Source of the DNA: Deltaproteobacteria bacterium
GTDB taxonomy: Bacteria; Desulfobacterota; DSM-4660; Desulfatiglandales; B25-G16
Assembly: GCA_020349945.1 (NCBI GenBank)
Contig: CP070704.1
Coordinates: 748,899-812,898, forward strand
Length of the DNA: 64,000 bases
Direction of reading: 5' to 3'
This document shows positions 44,557-54,545 of this stretch, in pieces; positions within the stretch are counted from its first letter, which is position 1; every line of letters starts with the position of its first letter. The notes under the pieces are model-generated. The model worked only from the letters and a program-made list of their open reading frames with translations, was not told the DNA's origin and made no database searches. Both the position numbers and the translations under genes were made by a program.

Positions 44557-46635
44557 ATGTTTACCGAGATAGAAAAGAGAGATGGCAAGACCGTGGCCTT
44601 TGAGGCAAAAAAGATTACCAATGCTATTGCCAAAGCCGGGAAGGCAACAGGGGAGTTTGACGAAAAGGTCGCTAAGAGGCTTACTATCAAGGTTTTGAAT
44701 TTAGTCGAGCATGTGATTGGTGATAAGCCCCCAACAGTAGAGGAAATCCAGGACATCGTAGAAGAGGTGTTACTTTCCTCTACTTATCGCAAAACTGCCA
44801 AGGCATACATTATCTATAGGGATCAGCATGCAAGGATTAGAGAAATTACCAATAAGGCAAGTGTGGCACTGGTGGATCAATATCTAAAGAAGACAGACTG
44901 GAGGGTTAATGAGAACAGCAACATGGCATTCTCCCTTCAGGGATTGAATAACTATGTTTCCTCAGAGGTTAGCAAGGTCTATTGGTTGAATGAAATCTAC
45001 TCTCCAGAGATTAGGGAGGCGAACATACGGGGTGATTTTCACATTCATGATCTAAACCTTCTGTCTGTTTATTGTGTGGGTTGGGATCTGTTTGACCTGT
45101 TGGTTGAGGGATTCAGGGGGGTATGGGGGAAGGTAGAAAGTGGACCTGCCAGACACCTCAGGAGTGCATTGGGGCAGATCGTAAATTTCTTTTATACACT
45201 TCAAGGAGAGGCGGCAGGTGCTCAGGCATTCTCTAATTTTGATACCTTGCTGGCACCTTTTATAAGATTCGATGGATTAGATTACAAAGGGGTAAAGCAG
45301 GCCTTACAGGAATTTGTTTTTAATATTAATGTGCCCACTAGGGTTGGATTCCAGACCCCTTTTACGAATGTCACGCTAGACCTTAGTGTCCCTGAATACT
45401 ATGCAGACCAATGTGTCATTATTGGAGGTGAGGCCCAGAGTACTACTTATAGGGATTTTCAGAAGGAGATGGATCTATTTAACAAGGCCTTTTTGGAGGT
45501 AATGGCAGAGGGCGATGCCAGAGGGAGGGTCTTTACCTTTCCCATTCCAACATACAATATTACAGAGGAATTTGACTGGGGGAATCCTATTCTCGATGAT
45601 CTGTGGGAGATGACAGCCAAGTATGGGGTGCCCTATTTTTCCAATTTTGTAAACTCAGACATGAACCCGGAGGACGCAAGAAGCATGTGTTGCAGGTTGA
45701 GAATAGATAATCGTCAGTTAGAAAAGAGGGGAGGCGGACTGTTTGGCTCAAATCCTTTAACAGGCTCTATTGGTGTTGTAACAATAAATATGCCAAGGAT
45801 AGGTTATCTCAGTGGAAGTGAGGATGAGTTTTTCAGACGACTAAGACATTTGATGATTCTGGCTAAAGAGAGCTTGGAGATAAAGAGGAAGGTTCTGGAA
45901 AGATTTACCGATGGAGGTCTTTATCCTTATACAAAATTTTATTTAAGGAACGTAAAGCAGAGGTTTGATGAATACTGGAAGAATCATTTTTCAACCATAG
46001 GGCTTGTTGGAATGAATGAGGCCTGCCGAAACTTTCTTGGTAAAACTGTTGGTGATAGACAAGGGAAGGAATTTACCATACGGGTCTTAGATTTTATGAA
46101 GGAAATCTTGATAGATTTTCAGAAGGAAACAGGAAATAATTATAACCTTGAAGCTACCCCAGCGGAGGGTACCTCGTACAGTTTGGCAAAGATTGATAAG
46201 GAAAGGTATCCTGAGGCCATATCTGCAAGCCACAGAGATGGGGGTCAATTTTTCTACACGAATTCTACCCATCTACCCGTTAACTTCACTGATGATGTTT
46301 TCGAGGCCCTGGATTTGCAGGATGACATCCAGCAAAAATATACCGGAGGAACGGTATTCCATATCTATGCAGGTGAGAGGATCGCTAACCCTGGTAGCGT
46401 TAAATCATTGGTACGCAAGATCTGTGAAAATTATCATCTTCCTTATTTTACCTTAACCCCCACGTTTAGTGTTTGCCCTGTTCATGGATATTTAAATGGA
46501 GAACATAGGGTATGCCAGAAATGCGGTACTGAATGTGAGATTTACTCCAGGGTGGTTGGTTATCTCAGGCCTTTAAAACAGTGGAACAGGGGAAAGCAAG
46601 AGGAATTTAGAACGAGAAAGATGTTTAAGGTTTGA
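44557..46635 (+). CDS. nrdD: anaerobic ribonucleoside-triphosphate reductase (class III)
   Basis: 692 aa. N-terminal ATP-cone, C-terminal Zn-ribbon CPVHG...CQKCG and glycyl-radical motif SRVVGYLRP. Confidence 0.95.
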   Translation: MFTEIEKRDGKTVAFEAKKITNAIAKAGKATGEFDEKVAKRLTIKVLNLVEHVIGDKPPTVEEIQDIVEEVLLSSTYRKTAKAYIIYRDQHARIREITNKASVALVDQYLKKTDWRVNENSNMAFSLQGLNNYVSSEVSKVYWLNEIYSPEIREANIRGDFHIHDLNLLSVYCVGWDLFDLLVEGFRGVWGKVESGPARHLRSALGQIVNFFYTLQGEAAGAQAFSNFDTLLAPFIRFDGLDYKGVKQALQEFVFNINVPTRVGFQTPFTNVTLDLSVPEYYADQCVIIGGEAQSTTYRDFQKEMDLFNKAFLEVMAEGDARGRVFTFPIPTYNITEEFDWGNPILDDLWEMTAKYGVPYFSNFVNSDMNPEDARSMCCRLRIDNRQLEKRGGGLFGSNPLTGSIGVVTINMPRIGYLSGSEDEFFRRLRHLMILAKESLEIKRKVLERFTDGGLYPYTKFYLRNVKQRFDEYWKNHFSTIGLVGMNEACRNFLGKTVGDRQGKEFTIRVLDFMKEILIDFQKETGNNYNLEATPAEGTSYSLAKIDKERYPEAISASHRDGGQFFYTNSTHLPVNFTDDVFEALDLQDDIQQKYTGGTVFHIYAGERIANPGSVKSLVRKICENYHLPYFTLTPTFSVCPVHGYLNGEHRVCQKCGTECEIYSRVVGYLRPLKQWNRGKQEEFRTRKMFKV

Positions 46636-46638
46636 GAT

Positions 46639-47337
46639 ATGATCATAGGGGGTTTTCAAAGATTTTCCCTCATCGATTATCCAGATGAAATCTGTGCCGT
46701 TGTTTTTACCCAAGGGTGTAATTTCAGATGTCCTTATTGCCATAATCCAGAGCTTGTCAGCTTGCGGCGGACGGGGTCCGCCACAGGCGGATTAGAACAC
46801 AAAGAGATATTGTCGTTTTTAGATAGGCGGAAGGGAAAGCTTGATGCTGTGACAGTAACCGGCGGAGAACCTCTCTTGCAATCTGGGTTAGGGAATTTTT
46901 TATCAGCAGTAAAGGGGCTGGGATATCTGGTTAAATTGGATACCAATGGAAGTCTTCCTTCGAGGTTAGAAAAGGCAATACAATCTAAATCCATAGATTA
47001 CATTGCTATGGATATAAAGACATCTCTAGATAAGTATGAATATGTGATTAGGAGAAAGGTAGAAAAGACTGAGATCCTTGACAGTATTAGACTGATTATG
47101 GATTCAGGACTGGATTATGAATTCAGGACAACTGTTGTAAGAGCCCTTTTTGAAAAGGATGATTTTTATAAGATCGGCCAGCTAATAAGAAATTCCCGCT
47201 TGTATGTCTTGCAAAGGTTTGTTCCCTCTAAGGCCTTGGATGACCGATTTTTGGATATGCGAGGTTGTTCTGATGAGGAAATAAATTCCCACAAGGAGAT
47301 AATGGAAGGTTTTGTCCAACGGTGCGTTGTAAGATAG
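46639..47337 (+). CDS. nrdG: anaerobic ribonucleotide reductase activating protein (radical SAM)
   Basis: CNFRCPYCHN radical-SAM cluster motif. Immediately downstream of nrdD. Confidence 0.9.
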   Translation: MIIGGFQRFSLIDYPDEICAVVFTQGCNFRCPYCHNPELVSLRRTGSATGGLEHKEILSFLDRRKGKLDAVTVTGGEPLLQSGLGNFLSAVKGLGYLVKLDTNGSLPSRLEKAIQSKSIDYIAMDIKTSLDKYEYVIRRKVEKTEILDSIRLIMDSGLDYEFRTTVVRALFEKDDFYKIGQLIRNSRLYVLQRFVPSKALDDRFLDMRGCSDEEINSHKEIMEGFVQRCVVR

Positions 47338-47414
47338 CGTGTATGTGTTGTTTTTTGTAAGTGCGGCAGGATTTCTGAGATAACAACTGATACATAAAAG
47401 GATTGCGCTGGCAC

Positions 47415-48140
47415 TTATTCCGTGATTGCCATCTCAATCTCACCGAGAACCCTTTCTGTAGCCTCAATCGGTTTTTCGGCAGCCCGGATAGGCCTGCCCA
47501 CCACTATGTAATCCGCTCCCCTCTTTATTGCCTGATGGGGAGTGATAATTCTCTTTTGATCATCCTTTCCTACCAGAGACCATGCAGGCCTGATACCAGG
47601 GGTAACCACGAGAAAATCCTTTCCTAACTCAGCCTTGACTTTTTCAACCTCTAGGCCAGAGCAGACAACACCGGAACAGCCAGCCTCCTTGGCCATTCTG
47701 GCCCTCAGCATGACCAATTCTGTGATGTCGTTAACATATCTATCAAGATAGCCTAGCTCCTTTAAATCGTTACCTTCAAGGCTCGTGAGCACAGTTACAG
47801 CCAACACCTTGGTGCCTGAAGGATTATTTTCAACAACAGAACGAAGAAGGCCCTTCCCCTCATCACAATGTACGGTCGTATAGGTAACCCCATGGGCGCT
47901 TGCTGCCAGAAAGGCATTCTTTACAGTGGCGGGTATATCATGAAACTTGAGATCAAGGAATATACCTGCCCCACCTGTCTCTCTGATTGCCCTGAGGATC
48001 TTTGGCCCAACACTGACAAACAGTTCCAGGCCGACTTTAAAGAGCCCCACGTGCTCCTTGAGGAGTTCTATGTACCGGACTGCCTCCTCATACGTTGGGA
48101 CATCTAGCGGGAATATAAGATAGTCCTTTGCTCCTTTCAC
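47415..48140 (-). CDS. pyrF: orotidine 5'-phosphate decarboxylase
   Basis: LIFPLDV..., FKVGLELF and DLKFHDIPATV motifs. Confidence 0.9.
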   Translation of the reverse strand: MKGAKDYLIFPLDVPTYEEAVRYIELLKEHVGLFKVGLELFVSVGPKILRAIRETGGAGIFLDLKFHDIPATVKNAFLAASAHGVTYTTVHCDEGKGLLRSVVENNPSGTKVLAVTVLTSLEGNDLKELGYLDRYVNDITELVMLRARMAKEAGCSGVVCSGLEVEKVKAELGKDFLVVTPGIRPAWSLVGKDDQKRIITPHQAIKRGADYIVVGRPIRAAEKPIEATERVLGEIEMAITE

Positions 48141-48255
48141 CTTTCCTATCCTGACTTAATCTGCATTTTTGGAGAATGTGATGTGCCTGTGCCCGGTTGT
48201 TTAATAGTGCGGAAAAGGGTAGACTCCCTTTCCTAAAAGACGTATATATAAAAAG

Positions 48256-48331
48256 GCCACCGTAGCTCAGATGGCAGAGCACCTCACTCGTAATGAGGAT
48301 GTCGACGGTTCGATCCCGTCCGGTGGCTCCA
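48256..48331 (+). tRNA. tRNA-Thr (anticodon CGT)
   Basis: 76-nt cloverleaf: acceptor GCCACCG/CGGTGGC, D arm GCTC/GAGC, anticodon stem CCTCA/TGAGG with loop CTCGTAA, T arm GACGG-TTCGATC-CCGTC, encoded CCA. Confidence 0.9.
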
Positions 48332-48394
48332 AGATCAGAAACTTCCCCTGAGCACCCTTATCACAGCTCTTACAAAGGACGGTGGTGGGCAGGT

Positions 48395-49126
48395 TTATTG
48401 CCACAAAGGGGGCGACCATCTGCTTTTGTAACCATTGTAAGACCAACAGCCGGGCAATCCATTATTTGATTGGAATTGAGGATCCTGTGCCCATTGTATC
48501 ATAACTTCATGGGCCATGTTTATTTCCTTAAACCTCTCGCCATCGCCACCTTTATCAGGATGATAAACTTTTGCCATCTCCCTGTACGCTTTTTTGATCT
48601 CTCTCACATAATCTCCAAAGGCCAAACCGTCTATATGTATGTTAAGATGCTTAAGGGCCTTTTTCTGATCAGTTGATAGTTTTGGAATTCTGTTTGTATT
48701 CGGTTTAATGGAGTCAGGGTTGATAGTGTGTTCAACCTTTTCTTCAAGAATCGACTGGGATGAAAAACTGCGAGAAATCCGCCTACGCCGCTTTTTGTAC
48801 CACTCCTCGCCAGCCTCAAGGATTAGCTCTTTTAGGGCATGAGCAGGGGAATAACCTGATTTTCTTTCATAGACAAACCGTGATATCCTGCTTGACCAGG
48901 TAGGCATTACATCAAGGGCAACGTAATGTTTGGTAAATGAAAAGGCTGCATATCGTGTATTGAGGGTTATGAGTAATCCCTTGGATAGAGAAAGGGTCCA
49001 CATCAGCTTCTGCCTGCATTGCCTTGAGCAGTAGCGTCTTCCTGGTTTAATCTCCTCAATTCCACAAGCAAGGCACCTTCTTGCCCTTCTTTTAAGAATG
49101 AGGGGAGATAGCTGGTTTTCGTGCAT
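48395..49126 (-). CDS. J-domain protein with N-terminal zinc-ribbon-like motif
   Basis: CLACG...CSRQCRQKL at the N-terminus. J-domain with HPD (AYREMAKVYHPDKGGDGERFKEINMAHEVM) near the C-terminus. Confidence 0.7.
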   Translation of the reverse strand: MHENQLSPLILKRRARRCLACGIEEIKPGRRYCSRQCRQKLMWTLSLSKGLLITLNTRYAAFSFTKHYVALDVMPTWSSRISRFVYERKSGYSPAHALKELILEAGEEWYKKRRRRISRSFSSQSILEEKVEHTINPDSIKPNTNRIPKLSTDQKKALKHLNIHIDGLAFGDYVREIKKAYREMAKVYHPDKGGDGERFKEINMAHEVMIQWAQDPQFQSNNGLPGCWSYNGYKSRWSPPLWQ

Positions 49127-49340
49127 CTTCTTGTCTCTTCATAACACGGGGCCCATCGAAAAAATATATTCGCGATATTTAGGAAATCCTAAGACAATTA
49201 AGTAGGATATCATAAGAGGCAGGGATATTAAAGCGAAAAATGCTGCTGTCCTGGTATTTTCATTTGGGTTGACTTTTATAGGCTACTTTAAGTAGTGTAT
49301 AATAATTAATTAATATTAATAAGAGGTAGGAATATATCCA

Positions 49341-50105
49341 ATGGTATACGTTTTGCAAATGCTGGGCGCGCTGGGAGCAAGTCCTTTTGCAACTGATATT
49401 GTTCAGATGGTAGTGCATGCCGGCCCAATGGTAAGGTTTGTGCTTTTGTTGCTCTTCTTTTTTTCCCTCGCTTCGTGGACCATAATCTTCATGAAATTAA
49501 GATTGCTTAAGAAGTTCAGAGATGAAAACGAGAGGTTCTTGGACCTTCTCTCCTCTACCCGAGAGATAAGTAAGCTCTATTTGGAGACCAAGGTATTTAG
49601 CTTCAGCCCATTAGCCCAGATCTTCAGGGTTGGTTACGCAGAATTTAGTCGATCTAAGACGCTCCAAGGTAATCCTGATGAGTCTATGGTTTTTCAGTCA
49701 CAGCAAACGATTATGGACAATGTCCAGAGGGCTGTCAAAAAGGCCTTGTCTGCTCAAAGCTCTCGTTTGGAAAGAGGTTTGACCTTTCTGGCCACTACAG
49801 GCAATACCTCCCCTTTTATTGGCCTGTTTGGGACTGTCTGGGGTATTATGACCTCATTCAGCTCCATAGGCATGAAAGGCTCTGCCAGTTTGACGGTTGT
49901 GGCCCCTGGTATAGCTGAGGCCCTGATTGCTACGGCCGCGGGACTGGCAGCAGCTATACCGGCAGTTGTGGCCTTCAATTATTTTAGCCGCAGGATGCGG
50001 GCAGCTCAGATAGAGATGGGAAATTTCATCTCTGACTTTGTGGGCTTGCTGGAAAGAGGGTTAATCAAGAGGGCATCAATCGAAAAGACAAGAGGCGAAT
50101 CCTAG
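49341..50105 (+). CDS. tolQ: Tol-Pal system protein TolQ (MotA/TolQ/ExbB proton channel)
   Basis: Three-TM MotA/ExbB-type sequence (ATTGNTSPFIGLFGTVWGIM). First gene of the tolQRA-tolB-pal-cpoB order. Confidence 0.85.
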   Translation: MVYVLQMLGALGASPFATDIVQMVVHAGPMVRFVLLLLFFFSLASWTIIFMKLRLLKKFRDENERFLDLLSSTREISKLYLETKVFSFSPLAQIFRVGYAEFSRSKTLQGNPDESMVFQSQQTIMDNVQRAVKKALSAQSSRLERGLTFLATTGNTSPFIGLFGTVWGIMTSFSSIGMKGSASLTVVAPGIAEALIATAAGLAAAIPAVVAFNYFSRRMRAAQIEMGNFISDFVGLLERGLIKRASIEKTRGES

Positions 50106-50512
50106 TGGATGTGGGAGAAAACAGGCAAGATCTGATATCAGATATCAATATAACACCGCTGGTTGATGTGATGTTGGTATTGCTCGTCATATTTATGGTG
50201 ACAGCGCCCATGCTGATGCATGGGGTCAAGGTAGATCTCCCTAGAACGGAAAGCAAGAGCATAAAGACCGAGGAAGATCCCTTAATATTATCTATAACTA
50301 AAGAAAGGCTTATTCTTATTGAAGACTATAAAGTTGAATTTGGGGCGCTCCAGGAAAAGCTAGAAAAAATATTTGCCAATAGAGCGGTAAAGGAGATCTT
50401 CTTGCAGGCCGATAAAGATGTACCTTATGGCTATGTCATAAAGGTTATGTCTGAGGTTAAAGAGGCTGGAATTACAAAAGTGGGAATGATAACCGAGCCG
50501 TTGCATAAATGA
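50105..50512 (+). CDS. tolR: Tol-Pal system protein TolR (ExbD/TolR family)
   Basis: GTG start. DINITPLVDVMLVLLVIFMV TM segment typical of ExbD/TolR. Confidence 0.85.
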   Translation: MDVGENRQDLISDINITPLVDVMLVLLVIFMVTAPMLMHGVKVDLPRTESKSIKTEEDPLILSITKERLILIEDYKVEFGALQEKLEKIFANRAVKEIFLQADKDVPYGYVIKVMSEVKEAGITKVGMITEPLHK

Positions 50513-51330
50513 GGGCAACAATTGTTAATTCAGGATTTAAGGAAGAGAGATGGGTCCGGATGATGACCCTATCCTTCTGTTTTCATTTAGCTGTTTTCTC
50601 TACCATCCTCTTCATTCCAGAAACCGCTACACGCTACCCATCGATAGGGGAAACCGTATATCATGTTGAGCTAGTTGGCACTCCATCAGTACTTAAAAGT
50701 GGGGGCAAAGGAGGAGGTATAACCAGTACAGCCAAAACAAAGGAGACATCTCATATGCGGGATGCCAGGACCCGGCGGATCGCCCTTAAGCCGAAAAAGC
50801 CCCTCCCTGTTTTAGCAAAAAGAATTTCTCCTAAGCCTAAAGCAGCGCCCAGAGAGCAAACTTATTCGTCTTCAGAGCTTATTGATAAGGCCATATCTAA
50901 AATTGAAAGAAAGGTAGACAAGACGACAGTCCAAACCGAGAAGACCCAGGATAAACTTGAAGAACATAGTGAAGCTCTCTTTGAGGGGGGAAAAAGGGGT
51001 GGGATGCCCGGGATCTCTTCGGATATAGGTACAACTATGAAACTCTATCAGATGGAGATTGAAAATACCATCAAGAATAATTGGTCTTATCCTGTGGCTC
51101 TTCTGAATTCAAAAAAGGCGAAAATCCCTGAGGCAGTTGTTATAGTAACGGTCAAGAGTGACGGAAAGATTTTAAAGACCTGGTTTAAGAGGCGATCTCA
51201 CAATGCCCTATTTGATGACTCTGTGCTGAAGGCAATAGAGAAGTCAGATCCCCTCCCCGGATTTCCACGTGGTTACAGGAAGAGCTATGATGAAGTTGAA
51301 ATCAATTTTAGTCTCAAAGATCTTGTCTAA
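50509..51330 (+). CDS. tolA: TolA-like protein with TonB-type C-terminal domain
   Basis: N-terminal TM anchor, charged K/E/P-rich linker and a C-terminal TonB_C-like domain (YQMEIENTIKNNWSYP...). ATGA overlap with tolR. Confidence 0.65.
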   Translation: MRATIVNSGFKEERWVRMMTLSFCFHLAVFSTILFIPETATRYPSIGETVYHVELVGTPSVLKSGGKGGGITSTAKTKETSHMRDARTRRIALKPKKPLPVLAKRISPKPKAAPREQTYSSSELIDKAISKIERKVDKTTVQTEKTQDKLEEHSEALFEGGKRGGMPGISSDIGTTMKLYQMEIENTIKNNWSYPVALLNSKKAKIPEAVVIVTVKSDGKILKTWFKRRSHNALFDDSVLKAIEKSDPLPGFPRGYRKSYDEVEINFSLKDLV

Positions 51331-51331
51331 T

Positions 51332-52651
51332 ATGAGGGCCATCTTCCGGATACCTGTATGGATTTTAGTTCTATGGATAGGTATTATTGTCCAGACAGAG
51401 GCAGTAGAGGGGAAGCTTTACATAGACATAACCTCTCCTTCAATGAAGAGGATATCCATTGCTATACCAGATTTTCGATACTTAGGTGAAAGGAATGAAC
51501 ATCCAGACCTAGGCAGCACACTTTCTGGGATCATGTCCAACGATCTTGATCTGAGTGGTTATTTTAGGCCACTGGACAAAGCATCCTTTATTGAGAGGCC
51601 AGGGTCTGGTTTTACGCGTGATAGTATCCATTTCAAGGATTGGTCTGTCATTGGGGCTGAACTCCTTGTAAAAGGTGTTTATGAATGTATCGGCCAACAG
51701 CTCAAGGTGGAGGTGCGATTGTTTGACGTCTTTTCTGGCAAACAACTCTATGGCAAGAGGGCATTAGGGTTAGTTGATCAATCAAGATATCTCATTCATC
51801 GCCTCGGCAACGAGATCATCCAGGCATTGGCCGGTCATGCCGGGCCATTTTTAACCAAGATGGCCTTTGTTGGGACCTCCACAGGGCATAAAGAGATTTA
51901 CATATGTGACTATGATGGACATAATCTGAAGCAATTAACCTCTTATAATACCATAACCCTGTCGCCAAGATGGTCTCCTATAGGGGACAGGATGATCTAT
52001 ACTACTTTCCGTAATTCCGCGACGGTACTTTTCATGAATGATATAGTCAAAGGATCGGCTACAAAGATCTCGGACAGAAAGGGTTTGAATATTGCTGCTG
52101 CGTGGAGACCAAATGGAGAGGAGCTCGCACTGACCCTCACCATTAGTGGAAATCCAGACATCTATCTGATTGACACAACGGGCAAGATATTAAGGAGGCT
52201 GACGAAGCATTGGGGGATTGATGTATCTCCAACCTTTTCCCCTGACGGCAAAAAAATGGCCTTTGTTTCTAATAGGTCTGGCTCTCCCCAGATATACGTC
52301 CTTGATCTCATTAGTAACCAAGTAGAGAGAGTGACCTTTGAGGGAAACTATAATACCTCACCAGCCTGGTCAAAACTTGATCGCATAGCCTTTGCTGGTT
52401 CTTTGAATGCTCAATTCGATATATTTACTATTTCATCAGACGGAGGGGATCTGCATAGTGTTACGCAAGGTCAAGGTAATAATGAGAATCCGTGTTGGTC
52501 CCCAGATGGGCGATACATTGCCTTTAGTTCAAACAGAACAGGTGGCAACTACCATATCTTTATTGCTAATGCCAATGGGCAGAATCAAAGGCAGGTCACA
52601 TTCTTTGAGGGTGATCAATTCTCCCCTTCATGGGCCCAACATTCCAAGTGA
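51332..52651 (+). CDS. tolB: Tol-Pal system beta-propeller protein TolB
   Basis: Signal peptide after the ATG at 51332 (the ORF track starts at 51269, overlapping tolA). Repeated SPxWSPDG-type propeller blades (LSPRWSPIGDR, VSPTFSPDGKK, NPCWSPDGRY). Confidence 0.9.
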   Translation: MRAIFRIPVWILVLWIGIIVQTEAVEGKLYIDITSPSMKRISIAIPDFRYLGERNEHPDLGSTLSGIMSNDLDLSGYFRPLDKASFIERPGSGFTRDSIHFKDWSVIGAELLVKGVYECIGQQLKVEVRLFDVFSGKQLYGKRALGLVDQSRYLIHRLGNEIIQALAGHAGPFLTKMAFVGTSTGHKEIYICDYDGHNLKQLTSYNTITLSPRWSPIGDRMIYTTFRNSATVLFMNDIVKGSATKISDRKGLNIAAAWRPNGEELALTLTISGNPDIYLIDTTGKILRRLTKHWGIDVSPTFSPDGKKMAFVSNRSGSPQIYVLDLISNQVERVTFEGNYNTSPAWSKLDRIAFAGSLNAQFDIFTISSDGGDLHSVTQGQGNNENPCWSPDGRYIAFSSNRTGGNYHIFIANANGQNQRQVTFFEGDQFSPSWAQHSK

Positions 52652-52786
52652 TCACCCATATCTTTTTTAAGAAAAATATTATTTGGCATCTAAATGCTTG
52701 AAATTGTAATTGCGAAATGATAAGGTTACGGACTTATAAAGAATGAGAATTTGTGTGTATAACCTAATAGAAGGAGGTAAAGAGTT

Positions 52787-53398
52787 ATGAAGAGGAACCT
52801 AATCATTGCAACAATGGTGGTCTTTGCAGTTTCATCCATTTTTTTGCTTTGCTCTTGCGCTAAGAAGCAGGTGGTAGCAGAGGAGGAGGAAATTACTGCC
52901 CCTCCTGTGGGACCAGAGGTGGTGATTGTAGAGGAAGAAGAACTGCCAGCTGTGGAAGTAGCCAAGGAAGTCGTAGAGGAAGAAGAGGTAGTCGAGACGT
53001 ATGACATAGGACTGCCTGAAGAAAGGGAGGTCGAGGCAGTCGAAGAGGGCTTGGCAGCCAAATTTGAAGGGAAGTCAATCTATTTTGACTTTGATAAGTC
53101 TTTCATTAAGCCAGAATATAGGCCCGTCCTAGAGGAAAAGGCAGCATTACTGAAAGATAATCCAGATATCCATGTAAGGATTGAGGGTAACTGTGATGAG
53201 AGGGGTACCAACGAGTACAACATTGCCTTGGGGGAAAGAAGGGCCAATAGTGCAAAGAGTTTTTTAGTCTCCCTCGGAATCTCCCCTGACAGGGTAGAGA
53301 CCATCAGCTATGGCGAGGAGAGGCCGCTTTTCTTAGGTCATGATGAAGATTCATGGTCAAAGAACAGACGCGATGACTTCTTGATCATAGGGGAATAG
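52787..53398 (+). CDS. pal: peptidoglycan-associated lipoprotein Pal (OmpA family) with acidic E/V-rich linker
   Basis: Lipobox LLCSC. OmpA-like domain IYFDFDKSFIKPEY...NCDERGTNEYNIALGERRA. Confidence 0.9.
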   Translation: MKRNLIIATMVVFAVSSIFLLCSCAKKQVVAEEEEITAPPVGPEVVIVEEEELPAVEVAKEVVEEEEVVETYDIGLPEEREVEAVEEGLAAKFEGKSIYFDFDKSFIKPEYRPVLEEKAALLKDNPDIHVRIEGNCDERGTNEYNIALGERRANSAKSFLVSLGISPDRVETISYGEERPLFLGHDEDSWSKNRRDDFLIIGE

Positions 53399-53546
53399 TT
53401 TTTCTAAGATTTAGGTATTTGGAAGGCAGGGCCTTCGGGTATAAAGGTGACCTTTGCTGCCTAAGGAGGTGATGGCCGGGTATTGTGCGAAGGAAAAAGG
53501 CTTCTGATGTAACTTTAGGCAGTAAGGGTTTAAGGGGGTTGGGCAA

Positions 53547-54491
53547 ATGAGCACAGGGGTGGCTAACATATTCATAAAATTTGTCGCCTTTCTGCCTGTT
53601 GCTGTTTTTTTTGCAACTTCTTGTGCCTCCCAGAAGGATGTAATTTCCCTTAATAATCAACTCAATGCCCTTTATCGCCAAACAAGGAAAGATGGGAAAG
53701 CATTTGAGAAGTCCATAAAGAAGCTGGAAGAAAAAACTAAAGCAGACGAGGCTAGGCAAAAGGAGATAGAAAGGGCCCTCAGAGAGGATCAGGAGTCTGT
53801 CCGCTTGCAGCTCGCCCAATTTGGAGCGGATCTTGTGGGAATGGCAGAGCATATCCAGATGTTGACCGGCACGGTAGAAGAGAACAGTCACCTGTTGAAA
53901 AGGACTATAGAGGGAGACACTACCAGAGAGGATTCCATGGTATCCCAGGTGAGAGAAATTTCCCTTGTGGTTGATAAACTCAAATCCAGGATAGATAACA
54001 TTGAGAATTATTTTGGTCTTGAAACCTCAGTTAACAAGAAAAAGGCTGGCCTAGAAAAGAAGACCCCACCCCCTGAGCAGATCGGGCCTAAGGATATTTC
54101 GGTTCCTGACAAGGAAAAACTGACAGAGTCAGCTATCTATGATCGGGCATTAGGATATTATCGGGAAGATCGGTATGATGAGGCTATAGCAGGTTTTGAA
54201 AACTTTCTCAAAGTGTACCCCAAATCCGACCTTGCGGATAATGCCTATTTCTGGATCGGTGAGTCCCACAGGGAGTTAGAAAAATACGAGGAGGCAATTT
54301 TAGCCTATCAAAAGGTCATTAATGACTATCCAAAGGGGAATAAGGTTCCTGTAGCTATGTTGCACCAGGCATTCGCGTTTGAGAAAATAAATGATAGGAC
54401 AACCGCAAATCTCGTATTTAAGAAAGTAGTTAAGAATTTTCCAGACACGAAAGAGGCAGAGATTGCCAAAAAAAGACTTAAAGGTGATTAG
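53547..54491 (+). CDS. cpoB: Tol-Pal system protein CpoB/YbgF (coiled coil + TPR)
   Basis: N-terminal coiled-coil region and C-terminal TPR repeats (YDRALGYYREDRYDEAIAGFENFLKVYPKSDLADNAYFWIGES...). Positioned after pal. Confidence 0.75.
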   Translation: MSTGVANIFIKFVAFLPVAVFFATSCASQKDVISLNNQLNALYRQTRKDGKAFEKSIKKLEEKTKADEARQKEIERALREDQESVRLQLAQFGADLVGMAEHIQMLTGTVEENSHLLKRTIEGDTTREDSMVSQVREISLVVDKLKSRIDNIENYFGLETSVNKKKAGLEKKTPPPEQIGPKDISVPDKEKLTESAIYDRALGYYREDRYDEAIAGFENFLKVYPKSDLADNAYFWIGESHRELEKYEEAILAYQKVINDYPKGNKVPVAMLHQAFAFEKINDRTTANLVFKKVVKNFPDTKEAEIAKKRLKGD

Positions 54492-54545
54492 CTAACCATC
54501 GTACCGTATTAGCCTTAAGTCAGCTTATAGCGGAAAGGGTATATA

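Noticed and set aside
48256-49340. tRNA-Thr as an integration site for an island carrying the J-domain gene
   Set aside because: No integrase and no direct repeat of the tRNA 3' end were found downstream. Only one gene lies between the tRNA and tolQ.
52726-53061. 111-aa Ser/Thr-rich ORF antisense to the pal linker
   Set aside because: It is an artefact of reading GAA/GAG/GTA-rich codons backwards (TTC/CTC/TAC). It ends with the acidic linker.
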